A stretch of 64,000 bases of DNA from Raja brachyura (GCA_963514005.1 OY740781.1:34286001-34350000), one strand, 5' to 3'; positions 53,265 to 64,000 are shown, counted from the first letter of the stretch. Notes: generated by a model not told the origin, from the sequence alone. Numbers and translations are program-made.

Positions 53265-53470
53265 ATGATTGATGATGATCATCAAATAATCTTCTTTTCA
53301 GTGACATAGGTTGAGTGATAGATGTAAATCGAGACACATGGGAGATCAGCCCTGCTCTTCATTTAAATGGGACAATTTGATCTTCCCTATGTGCTGCAGA
53401 ATGCAGACAGTTCCTTCATTCAACGTATCATTCAAAAGATGATAGTTTCTTCAGTACAGAATTATTTCAT
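53265..53470 (-). mobile_element. Degraded Deu-domain SINE
   Basis: aataatcttcttttcagtgacataggttgagtgatagat...cctgctcttc resembles the reverse complement of the Deu core. Confidence 0.4.
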
Positions 53471-54884
53471 TTCCAACATTGATTACCAATGATCCATGCC
53501 AACTACTCCTTGCTGGGACAAGCAGATTTTAAAGGAAGTATGGCCCTATCAGCGTCCTCTTCTGGAAAAACCCTTCTGCTGTTAAGGCAATAGATCACAA
53601 AATAAATGTATGAAACATTTTAACCGATTTATTGTACACCATTTCTGAACCAGAAAGTGCGAAATACATGCAGTAAAATAGCAGAAAGATGGAAGCCTTT
53701 ATGCAGCCCTGATAATTTTGAGATAACGAGAAAAAGCCAATTGGAGTTTAAAACCATTCCTTTTCCATGAGCACCATTACAGCTGAATGGTGACACAAGA
53801 GACTGCAGATGCTGGAATCTTCCCTGGTTAGCTCAGGTCTGAAGTTTCAATGGTTTCAAATAAAATTACGTGTTTCTCTCTGTTTCAGTAGTCGTATTTA
53901 AACACCCATGTGAACTAAAGCTTTAGTCTGTGGTCACTGGGAATAAATCCAAGAGCCTTTGCAGCTCTGACGCAAACCAATGGCATTGAGCTACTGAAGC
54001 AATTAATGTCTTGCTTACAGCGCGGTGCCCTTCACAGTAAATTTGATCAATGAAGTATTCAAAGCCCTGCCTAAATATCTTGACAGTAAAGAGAAACACA
54101 ATTTATCACACACTGTAAGTTCTAAATAAGAATAAGGCTTTCATTGTAGAAATGATGAAAAGACTGAAATCCAAGCATAATTGCCTATTTAAGGGATGCA
54201 ATATAGTTGGATTTGATTATTGAGATCTGTTACCAAAGTAACTCTGATGAAGTGGTTTATGGCTGCTAAAACCCCATCCATCATACTGAACAGGAAAAAT
54301 GTGTGCATAAAAAAAACACGCATATGAGAAGAAATGCTAAGATGTCAAATGACCAAAAGTATCGCAAACAACTAAAATGTTGACAAACAGGCAAGAAGCA
54401 ACAGGTTTGAGAAAAGGCATTGGAGGAAATGTATTGGAGGAAATGTATAGGGTACGACCAAAAGAGCTAAATGTTCTGTCAGTAGCGTTTGGAAAAGAGG
54501 TTTGAGTGGAAGAGCAAAGAGTTTGGGCTACAGCAAGTTGGGAACACGGGGAGGGATCATTCTGTGGAAAGATTCGTAAATTTAGCAAAGAATTTTGAAA
54601 TCAGCATACTGAGATTCAGCCATTCAATAGAAAGTAGTGTTGATTAAATGGGATGCTTGTTATAATGCAAAATGCTTTTTGTCTTTTCAAGTGGATGAAA
54701 TAGCACCTGCAGTTCATATTACACTGCCATTTACCCTGGTTGAAATGGTGAATTCTCATTCAACGTTCACTGAATAACATTCAGGTTACACTGCAGGAGG
54801 AGGTCATTCAATGCTAAGTGTATACCAATTGTATGTAAGAGCAAGTTAGGTAGCTCCTCTCTCCTGAACTCTCTCTGGATGAGG

Positions 54885-55098
54885 GAGTGAAAGGAGTAGA
54901 TTGGGTAAATTCACAGAGTCTCTTGCACAAAGTAGGGGAATCAAAAACCAGACATAGGTTTAAGGTGAGGGGGGAAAGATTTAATAGGGGTAACTTTTTA
55001 ACAGAAATGGTGGTGGGTATATGAAACGAGCTGCCGGAGGAGGTAGTTGAGGGAGGTATTATCGCAACAGTTAAGAAACATTGAGACAGGTACATAGT
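54885..55098 (+). mobile_element. CR1 3' fragment
   Basis: gtaggggaatcaaaaaccagacataggtttaaggtgagg...gagctgccggaggaggtagttgag. Confidence 0.75.
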
Positions 55099-55124
55099 TT
55101 AAGAGGTACATAGGTACATAGTTT

Positions 55125-55356
55125 CAAGTCGGCCGATCTGAGGGACCTGGAGGTGGTGTGGTGGGTAAGCAGACTTTTGATGTAGGTGGGGGCAAGCCCG
55201 TTAAAGGCTTTGTAAAAGATAAAGAAGGATCTTGAAATTTATTCAGAACCGCACAGGGAGCCAGTGGAGAAACGCCAGAATCGGGGTGATGTGGTCCCTT
55301 TATCGGGTGCCTGTCAGGAATCTCGCTGTGGAGTTTTGGACCAGTTGCAGGTGGGA
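55125..55356 (-). mobile_element. L2-clade LINE ORF2 C-terminal fragment
   Basis: Minus frame LQLVQNSTARFLTGTR*RDHITPILAFLHWLPVRF*INFKIL. Confidence 0.8.
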
Positions 55357-55479
55357 CAATCAGGCAGGTTCAGCAGGCAGAACAATCGACTAAGAATATA
55401 TCGAGGGAATTCAAAGCTAAATTCAATGCAACTGTGTAAGGAAACTAACCAGAAAAGTAGATGGCAATCTATCATTACA

Positions 55480-55773
55480 GTTCGCCACCTCTCTTCTTGC
55501 TACAGGAGGTACAGAAGCCTGAAGAGCCAACACCACCAGGATCAGGAACTGCTAATCTCCAATAACCATCAGGATTTGAACTAATCCTCACTCAGCAATG
55601 GAACACAATTGTCCACCTCCCATTAAACCATGGTCTTTTGTTCTTATTTTGCAATATTGTTATTTTTTTGCAGTCTTTTTTCTTCCTTCTGTCTTGCAGG
55701 ATGTATGTGTAATTTATAATGTAACATGGTTTTGGGTGCTGTCTGAATCTATGAGCCTGTGATGCTGTTGCAA
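55480..55773 (+). mobile_element. Rex1/Babar-like 3' tail
   Basis: RRYRSLKS..TTRIRN motif, same type as 38020-38205, followed by 3' UTR. Confidence 0.55.
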
Positions 55774-55865
55774 GATGGTAGATGACACAATGTTGTTGTG
55801 CGGCCATATGCCTATGACTAGTGGTGTCCCAAAAGGATCGGTGTTTGGACATTTGCTGCCTAATA

Positions 55866-57968
55866 GTGCACATGCGCAAGGTGGGGGGGAGGAGAGGGGG
55901 TTGGGGGGAGGAGGAGAGGCAGCAAGTCCTTGTAGCTCCGTGACTTGTTTAGTGCTTTAGTGTGTTTTTTGTGCGTTGGTTGGTGTTGTTGGGTAGTATT
56001 TTACAGTATGTGTCGAGTCGCGTATAGGAGTGACGAACTCCTTATGTGGCGACGGACAGCTTACAGAATAAAACACCCTATTCCGTCTGAGCTGAAGAAG
56101 CCGTTCCGTGGTTGCCATGCAGGTGCCAGGCTAAGGGCGTGGAGGTGGAGATACAAGCCGTTTCTGCCATCGATCCTTACGGGGAACGTCAACTCATTCT
56201 CTAACAAGTGTGAGGAGTTGGAGGCCCTCATGAAGAACCAGCGGGTCTACCGTGAGTCCAGTCTCAAGTGTAACGGACTACATCAACTTCTGCAGGGATG
56301 GTGTTGTGCCAGTAAGAACTGTTTGTTGCTTTCCCAACAACAAACCTCAAAAGCCTACTAAACGAGAAAAAGGAAGTTTTCAAGGTTGGTGACCGGGAAA
56401 AGATCAAGAGGGGACAGCAAGGCCTGAAAAGGAGGTTGAAGCAGGCAAAAGGGGACTTTAAAAGGAAGCTGGAGAGGAAACTGCAGCACAACAGCATCAA
56501 AGAGGTGTGGAGAGGAATGAAGAGCATCACTGGCTTCAAGGAGAAGAGAATCCAGCCGTCAGGAGACGTGGACAAGGCCAATGAGTTTAAACTGTTCTAT
56601 AACAGGTTTGATCTGGTATCCCCTCCCAACACTACAGCTGCAGCACCTCCTATGCCAGTATCTCCTCCTGAGACCACAAGTCCAGCACGCACTCCACCCA
56701 CTACAGTTTGCGTACCAGGAGAACATTGGTGTGGATAACCCAGTCCTATACATGCTGCACCGGATTTACTCCTTCTTGGACGAACCGGGTGGCTACGTGA
56801 GGATTATGTTCTTCGACTTTTCAAGTGTGTTCAACACCATCCAACCCCTGATTTTGAAAGACAAGCTTAAGAAGATGGGGGTGGATTCCACCTTTATCTC
56901 CTGGATATACAACTACCTGACGGGTCGACCACAGTTTGTTAAGCTGGGGGACTGTGTTTCCGGGGCAGTGGTGTGCAATGTTGAAGCCCCACAGGGAACG
57001 GTTCTGGCCCCGTTCCTCTTCACCCTGTATACTGCAGACTTCAAATATAGGTCTGACACATGCCACATACAGAAATATTCAGATGAAACAGCGATTGTGG
57101 CATGTGTAAGGAACGGACATGAGGAGGGATACAGAGACTTGGCCAGTGCTTTCTGTGTCTGGAGTAAAGAGATTTGTCTCATCCTGAAAACAACTAAGAC
57201 CAAAGAAATGGTTGTTATCTTTGGCAGGTCCAAGCTCCCACTTCAGCTGGTTAACACTGCAGGGGTGGACATTGAGGTGGTGCAGACATATAAATAACTG
57301 GGAGTGCACCTTGATAACAAACTGGACTGGTCAGTCAACACCGATGCCCTCTACAAAAAAGGACAGAGCAGACTCTTTTTCCTCAGAAGGCTCAGATCCT
57401 TCAATGTGCACAATGACATACTGTACCTATTTTACTATACTGGGGTTGCAAGTGTCATTTTCTACGCTGTTGTATGCTGGGACAACAACATCAGTGCAAA
57501 AAACAGCAAGAAGTTGGTCAAGCTGGTAAAACGAGCTAGCTCAGTGCTGGGGGGCGGGGAAGAGTGGACTCTGTGGGGGATGTGCTTGAGGGGCATATGA
57601 TGAGCAAGTTGCAGGCCATCCTCGATAACTCCGGGCACCCCCTCCATGAAATTCTGGAGGGTCAAAAGAGCACATGGAACAAAAACCGGCTCCTCACCCT
57701 GCGCTATAGAACGGAGCGGTTCAGGAGATCTTTCACCCCTACAGCCATTAGATTTGTATAATACTGACCGCTAGGCTGTATGGGGATGCTTTGCATTTTT
57801 AACGGTTAATTATAGGGTCTTTTTAAGTATTTATTGCTTTCAGGTATTGTCCATATTGTATTTTTTGTCTGCTTTCGTTCTGAATGTGTGGGTTTGTTGG
57901 TTGTTGGCTCTTGGACATCTGAATTTCCCTGAGGGGATCAAGAAAGTATTTATTATTATTATTATTAT
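55866..57968 (+). mobile_element. Rex1/Babar non-LTR retrotransposon, both ends present, internally deleted, inactivated
   Basis: N-term PSILTGNVNSFSNKCEEL; VTDYINFC; LQFAYQ; FFDFSSVFNTI; APQGTVLAPFLFTLYT; QKYSDET; C-term RTERFRRSFTPTAIR; (TTA)n tail; splits a CR1 RT relic with a TAATA duplication. Confidence 0.9.
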
Positions 57969-58107
57969 TAATATACATGAATTACCTAAATGTGGACATG
58001 GGAGACATGATCAGTTAGATTAGGTTATGTTTATCATTGTTACGTGTACAGTGAAAAGATATTATTTGCGTGCTATCCAAACAAATCAGACAATACTATA
58101 CAAGTTT

Positions 58108-58425
58108 AGGGCGGCACAGTGGTACAGCAGTAGAGTTGCTGCCTTACAGCACCAGTAGGCCCGGGTTTGATTCTGACTACGGGTGCTGTCTGTATGGAGT
58201 TTGTACATTCTCCCTGTGACCGCTTGGGTTTTCTCTGATATCTTCAGTTTCCACCCACATTCCAAAGACGTACAGGTTTGTAGGTTAATTGGTTTTGGTA
58301 AAAGCGTAAATTTTCCCGAATGTGTGTAGGATAGTGTTAAGGTGCGGGGATCGCTGGTCGGTGTGGACACGGTGGGCCGAAGGGCCCGTTTCTGCACTGT
58401 ATCTCCAAACTAAACTAGACTAAAG
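58108..58425 (+). mobile_element. tRNA-derived SINE (HE1/V-SINE-like), full length
   Basis: ggggcggcacagtggtacagcagtagagttgctgcc head, V-domain-like centre, (aaact)n tail. Confidence 0.85.
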
Positions 58426-59751
58426 TAAAATGCACAAATGTCCATGATCCTTCATAAGCATACTGTCAAATAACATTACATAAAACCTAACAGGATCAGC
58501 GATAATGCATGCTATAATCAAAATCTCCAGGACGAGTTATTAATAGGAAATATGGCATGAATTGTAGCACAATGTGCTTCTCATCCAAATCTTTACCAAG
58601 GATGCACTATTGTGAGGAGGGACGTAAAGCAACACAGGTGCAGGCAGCCCTTCAATATCTTACTCAGCTTGTTTTTCACAAGACCCTACGCACCTAATAC
58701 ATTGCAAAGAAAGCAGTTTTTTGTTGGCTCACGAGGGAATCGAGCAATAGTGCAGGAAGGTGACACCTAAGAAAAAGATTAGCCATGATCTTATTAAATA
58801 ATAACAGAGAAAACGTGAAGGCCTGAATGGCCAATACCTGCTTCTATTTCTTATATTTCTATGTTCTGAAGAGATGTAGAGAGTTCAAGGTTGAACCTGA
58901 ATTATGGACACTCATTCTCCATTAAATCCAGTTTGTTATCTGCAGCTGACACCAAAATTTGTACTTTGGGAAAAACAATGATTGGAACTTAACCATGCAT
59001 TTTATTCCCCCTTTTCATACTTCGGAGTGACTAGATTTCATTGGTGGTGGCCCCATTACCATGACTGGAATTATTGACTTCAGCACAGATTTGTCTTACA
59101 ATCTGGAACTGGCACTTTTGCTATGCATTGGCCAAAAGGTGGTGGCAGCTTTCAGTATGGACCACACTGAGTTCGCTTTAACTTGTGATTCCTAAGAAAA
59201 CACAAAGAATTCAGTGACCTGGGTGCACACCGAGAAAATCAAAGTTTGATGTGTGTTGAATGACACGAGTCATTGTGTTGACCTCATGGAATGAAGCGGA
59301 AAAGTCCACTTATTTTACTGATTTTCATTGTTTTGCTTGCTAATATTTCTTGGTGATTTTATGAATAGCATTTATTAGGAATAGAATTTATTAATAATAA
59401 TTCATAACATGCTAACAAATCTGATTACATAGCAATCTTAAAAGTTTTTGATTGTCTCTGATAGCTTTGATAGGAGAGAACATTCTGCCACAGTTTTGCC
59501 TATTGTCACAGGTTGTCATGGTGTTATGGGGAGAGCCCCGGACTCATACACTGCCTCAGCCGATTTACCACTAAGACCCCTTGGGATGCTTCTCAGATGC
59601 AGGAAGTTAGTTTACCCATTTAGAGGTCCACATCCAGTCCATCTGATCCACATCCAGTCCGTGCTCACACACCTCAGAGCGTGTTCGGAAGCATGATCGA
59701 AACTCACTATCATTTATTCAACATATCCCATATTGTTTTCTAGCTTAACTG

Positions 59752-59912
59752 ATGCATTCAAGAGAGAGTTAGATATTGTTCTTAGGGCTAACAGAATGAA
59801 GGGATATGGGGGGAAAAAGCAGGAATGGGGTACTGATTTTGGATGATCAGCCATGATCATGTTGAATGGCCGAATGGCCTACTCCTGCACCCATATTCCA
59901 TGTTTCTATTTC
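59752..59912 (+). mobile_element. CR1 3' tail
   Basis: ttcaagagagagttagat...gatcagccatgatcat...gcctactcctgcacc. Confidence 0.75.
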
Positions 59913-61110
59913 TAACTCAATACTTCACTTCTCAACCTTTACACGTTTGCCAATATACTTTCTGATCAAAACTTCACCTTGTGTTTTATATTAAAACAAT
60001 CATACAATGTTAACCAATGCTATTCCACACATGCAAATTAGATTTATTCTAATCTTCACACTTAGGACATATGAATCTTATATACATGAAATTACACCTA
60101 GAGAAAAGTGATATATATACTTTGACAAACCGTCAATTGCAGAAGTGTTTGTGCAGAAAGGGATATTGAAGACGGCAGTGATTTCAGAGGAATGAGAAAC
60201 TGCTACGAAAATACATTGCTCTCAGATTGTCAAATGCAGTTTGTCATGCAGTGTGACAAAACCACAGATATTTTTAAGCCAATAAACCACTGTCATGGAC
60301 CAGAGATAGCAATCTATGCAAATACATACATCCTGAGAAGCTCGCAGTTTCCTGAAATTATTTTTCATTCTTATTTTTAGAATTCTAGATAAATGCTATC
60401 TGAAGAAATAGCAATACAAGCTGAAGGGATAATCCTGTTTTACTAACTGGATCCCAAAATAAAACACACAAAATAAAGCAAAAATAGTTTCAGCAATTCA
60501 TTCACAAGTACATTTTCATGCATACTTCATAATTTATTGGAAACCTTACAGGTGTGTGTTAATTCATAAAATGTTCTTTTTTATTGAAAGCCAAGATAAG
60601 ATTAAATGTTTCCAAAATTATTGGCATGTGCCCATGGTGATTCTGCTCATATTAAGTTTAAATCTTAAATTCTATTTCACAATGTAACATGGAAATACCA
60701 GACTCTGTGTATGTCAAGGAAAATATCACCCCAATGAGGCATGGAGGAGAAAGGTAAATGTGACGGTGACCTTAATAAAACCTAGAACTTTGTGAAGTAA
60801 TTAGGTTTTGTTAGGGTCCGATTTTGGGAGGCGAGAGAACCCTTGAGAGTTCAAAATACTGCCCAATGTGACGGTGAAGCGTGCCAGACACCATGGCATG
60901 GCAGTACAGCACGAGCTTCGTGCATGCAGTGAACATCTGCAGCAATTATGCAGCACAGGCGTCAATCAGTGTACAATGCTGCCACTCAATGCTGCAGCCT
61001 AACACACTTTAACTACTATTGACAGCAATCGTATAGGTTAATTGTTGGTTGATTTCTTTGGGCTTTGGTTCTAACTTCCAATTTTTGGGTGCTTTGTGGA
61101 AGTTACTCAT

Positions 61111-61207
61111 CAGTCTGAAGAAAGGTCTCCACCCGAAACGTCACCTATTCCTTCGCTCCATAGATGCTGCCTCACCCGCTGAGTTTCTCCAGCATTTTTA
61201 TCTACCT
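61111..61207 (+). mobile_element. Penelope-tail element with hammerhead-like core
   Basis: CTGAAGA at 61115-21, stem, GAAACGTC at 61135-42, followed by family tail. Confidence 0.8.
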
Positions 61208-61486
61208 TTGTATGCTAGACAATGTAGGATAGCAAGATGTGCTTCCCAAATGAATGAGTGGGATTTTATGACAACCCTGTAGTTTCATGGACAACATCAT
61301 TGATAAAAGCTTTGAAAAATGCAATCCAGGTTTATTTAAGTAAATGCAAACGACTTAACTACAAGCGGGAGATTGGACCAATACACAAGGTCATTGGACT
61401 AGACTTCAGGATTGTTCATCCAGAAACATGTTCATATTGTTAATTGGCCACAATGTTAGCACTACAACTCCCTCTAGGCTACCACA

Positions 61487-61625
61487 GCCGCACCCGCCTC
61501 ACCTTGCATCGCCGCCGGACCGGGCCTACAGAGCATCGGCGCCGCACCCGCCTCACCTTGCATCGCCGCCGGACCGGGGCCCCCCGAACATGGCCGCCGC
61601 ACCGCACCCCACTCATCTCGCCGCC
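61487..61625 (+). repeat. 54-bp GC-rich tandem repeat at the 5' end of the Penelope ORF
   Basis: gccgcacccgcctcaccttgcatcgccgccggaccggg at 61487 and 61541; degenerate third copy at ~61600. Confidence 0.85.
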
Positions 61626-64000
61626 TCACCGGGCGGGCTGAACCTTGCTGCCCCACCGACCACTTCGCCCACCGGGACCACCCACGCATCGCCCGCCGAC
61701 CCCGACTTCACTGCCCGCGGACTCCTACCTTCGGGCCCGCCGACCCACGACACTCCACCGCCCTCCAGCAGCCCGCAGCCGTCGCCTCACCTACAGACTG
61801 GACAGTGCAGCGGGCCTGAAGCCTCCACGTTGCTCACTCCTCCCACCACTCTGTTGCTAACGGCACTGGGTCCTAGTGCCCGTCTCCCCAGCCCCGGTGA
61901 CCTCAGTGGCTATTCCACTGGGTCTTCCCCATTCCCCTCCTACCATGTAACCCCTGCTCTTTCACACCCACATCACAGCCCCCATATCCCCCCACCCCCT
62001 GACCACCCTCCACCCCCCCACCACACTACACCCCGTCCTCAGTCCACTCACCTGCCTTCCTCCAGCCACAACCCCCATCCCTGCCGTGTGTTCACCATCC
62101 CCCCGGATCTCCCCCTCTCCGACACCGAAAGGTCGGTCCTCAGCAGAGGTCTTACCTTTGTCCCCCTCCGTCCCCACCTCAATGAGTTCCGTGCCCACCA
62201 CGACTTGGAGCTCTTCTACCGTCGCCTCTGCCTCACAGCGTTTTTCCACGGGAACAAGTCCTCGCCCCCCACTGATGATCCCTTTTCCTGTCTCCCACGT
62301 ACCCCCTCCTCGTGGACCCCCCCTCGTGGCCCTCCAGCTTTAGAACTATTTATACAAAACTGCCGTCGGGACATCAACCGCCTCGACTTCTCCACTCCCC
62401 TGTCTCACTCCAATCTCTCCCCCTCCGAACGTACTGCCATCGACTCACTCCGCAACAACCCAGACTGGGTTATCAAACCCGCCGACAAGGGAGGTGCCGT
62501 GGTAGTCTGGCGCGTCGATCTCTACAAAGCAGAGGCCACGCGCCAACTCTCGGACACCTCCTCCTACTTACCCCTGGACCATGACCCCACTGACGAGCAC
62601 CAGGCCACCATCTCGAGCACCATAACCGGCTTCATTAACTCCGGCTCCCTACCCCCCCGAGCCTCCAACCTCATCGTTTCCCAGCCCCGCACAGCCCGAT
62701 TTTACCTTCTCCCCAAAATCCACAAACCCGACTGCCCCGGCAGACCCATTGTCTCTGCCTGTTCGTGCCCCACCGAACACATTTCCACATACCTTGACTC
62801 CATCCTATCCCCCTTTGTTAAATCCCTCCCCACCTATGTTCAAGACACCTCAGACACTCTCCGTCGGCTCCGCACATTCCGTTGTCCAGGCCCCCATCCT
62901 CTCATCTTCACCATGGACGTCCAGTCACTATACACCTGCATCCCCCACCAGGATGGTCTCAAAGCCCTCCGGTACTTCCTCGACCAGAGGAGCAACCCAT
63001 ACCCATCCACTGACACCCTCCTCCGCCTAGCGGAGTTGGTCCTTACCCTAAACAACTTCTCTTTTGACTCCTCCCATTTCCTCCAAACACAAGGCGTAGC
63101 TATGGGCACACGCATGGGCCCTAGCTACGCCTGCCTCTTTGTCGGGTACGTCGAACAATCTTTGTTCTCGACGTACCAGGGCCCCACCCCCGACCTTTAC
63201 CTCCGTTACATTGACGACTGCTTTGGTGTCACCTCCTGCACCCACGCAGAACTGACTGACTTTATCCATTTCACCACCAACTTCCATCCGGCACTCAAAT
63301 ATACTTGGACCATTTCCGACATTTCCCTACCATTCCTTGACCTCACCATCTCTATTGCAGGTGACACACTCCTGACTGACATCCACTACAAACCAACTGA
63401 CTCCCACAGCTACCTGGACTACTCTTCCTCCCACCCTGCTTCCTGTAAGGACTCCATCCCCTATTCCCAATTCATCCGACTACGCCGCATCTGCTCCCAG
63501 GATGACGTGTTCCACACCAGGTCATCGCAAATGTCCTCGTTCTTCAGAGAACGGGGTTTCCCCTCCCCCACTATCGATGAGGCTCGCACCAGGGTCTCCT
63601 CCATACCTCGCAACACTGCCCTCTCTCCCCATTCCCCCACTCACAACAAGGGCCGAGTCCCCCTGGTCCTCACCTTTCACCCCACCAGCCAGCGCATACA
63701 ACAGATAGTCCTCCGCCAGTTTCGCCACCTCCAACGTGACCCCTCCACTCGCCACATCTTCCCATCTCCCCCCCTATCTGCCTTCCGCAAAGACCGCTCC
63801 CTCCGCAACTCCCTCGTCAATTCTTCCCTTCCCTCCTGCTCCACTCCTTCCCCGGGCACTTTCCCTTGCAACCGCAAGAGATGCTACACTTGTTCCTTCA
63901 CCTCCCCCATCCACTCCTTTCAGGGACCCAAGCAGTCATTCCAAGTCCGACAGAGGTTCACCTGCACCTCCTCCAACCTCGTCTACTGCATCCGTTGCTC
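61590..64000 (+). CDS. Penelope-like element (Neptune-type) RT/GIY-YIG polyprotein, open frame, 3' truncated by the window edge
   Basis: Hand translation of frame +3 has no stop from 61359 to the window end. ATG in Kozak context at 61590 (alternative 61428). Motifs: IKPADKGGAVV, FYLLPKIHK..GRPIVS, TMDVQSLYT, QGVAMGTRMGP, YLRYIDD (YIDD 63207-18), YKPTD, CNRKRCYTC linker, TCTSSNLVYCIRC. Confidence 0.95.
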   Translation, partial: MAAAPHPTHLAASPGGLNLAAPPTTSPTGTTHASPADPDFTARGLLPSGPPTHDTPPPSSSPQPSPHLQTGQCSGPEASTLLTPPTTLLLTALGPSARLPSPGDLSGYSTGSSPFPSYHVTPALSHPHHSPHIPPPPDHPPPPHHTTPRPQSTHLPSSSHNPHPCRVFTIPPDLPLSDTERSVLSRGLTFVPLRPHLNEFRAHHDLELFYRRLCLTAFFHGNKSSPPTDDPFSCLPRTPSSWTPPRGPPALELFIQNCRRDINRLDFSTPLSHSNLSPSERTAIDSLRNNPDWVIKPADKGGAVVVWRVDLYKAEATRQLSDTSSYLPLDHDPTDEHQATISSTITGFINSGSLPPRASNLIVSQPRTARFYLLPKIHKPDCPGRPIVSACSCPTEHISTYLDSILSPFVKSLPTYVQDTSDTLRRLRTFRCPGPHPLIFTMDVQSLYTCIPHQDGLKALRYFLDQRSNPYPSTDTLLRLAELVLTLNNFSFDSSHFLQTQGVAMGTRMGPSYACLFVGYVEQSLFSTYQGPTPDLYLRYIDDCFGVTSCTHAELTDFIHFTTNFHPALKYTWTISDISLPFLDLTISIAGDTLLTDIHYKPTDSHSYLDYSSSHPASCKDSIPYSQFIRLRRICSQDDVFHTRSSQMSSFFRERGFPSPTIDEARTRVSSIPRNTALSPHSPTHNKGRVPLVLTFHPTSQRIQQIVLRQFRHLQRDPSTRHIFPSPPLSAFRKDRSLRNSLVNSSLPSCSTPSPGTFPCNRKRCYTCSFTSPIHSFQGPKQSFQVRQRFTCTSSNLVYCIRC

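Noticed and set aside
61962-63877. Several short ORFs on both strands in the track
   Set aside because: Off-frame or antisense shadows of the single long Penelope ORF
1-64000. Prokaryotic systems (CRISPR array, operons, defence islands)
   Set aside because: Vertebrate repeat landscape; no regularly spaced repeats and no gene-dense ORFs

Overview
AT-rich, gene-poor vertebrate DNA. The repeat content (HE1/V-SINE-like and Deu-domain SINEs, CR1 tails, Penelope tails) points to a cartilaginous fish, probably a skate or ray; this is inference. No host gene can be identified with confidence, and nearly all short ORFs in the track are chance ORFs or transposon debris. Main content: (1) a Penelope-like retroelement (Neptune-type) with an uninterrupted frame of >800 codons (RT, Cys linker, start of GIY-YIG) that runs off the right edge and is missing from the ORF track; (2) at least 14 short Penelope-tail elements with a minimal hammerhead-ribozyme-like core (CTGAaGA-a-stem-GAAACGTC), several folded head-to-head into palindromes and five flanked by 11-16 bp target-site duplications; (3) two inactivated IR/DR Tc1 (DD34E) copies of one family in opposite orientation; (4) an internally deleted Rex1/Babar LINE nested in a CR1 relic, whose 5' end holds a 40-nt exact inverted copy of a nearby C-rich tract; (5) many CR1, L2, RTE and SINE fragments; (6) several repeat-free, CpG-retaining blocks that look like conserved non-coding elements; (7) a 148-N assembly gap. 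All coordinates were read by hand, and fragment boundaries are approximate.
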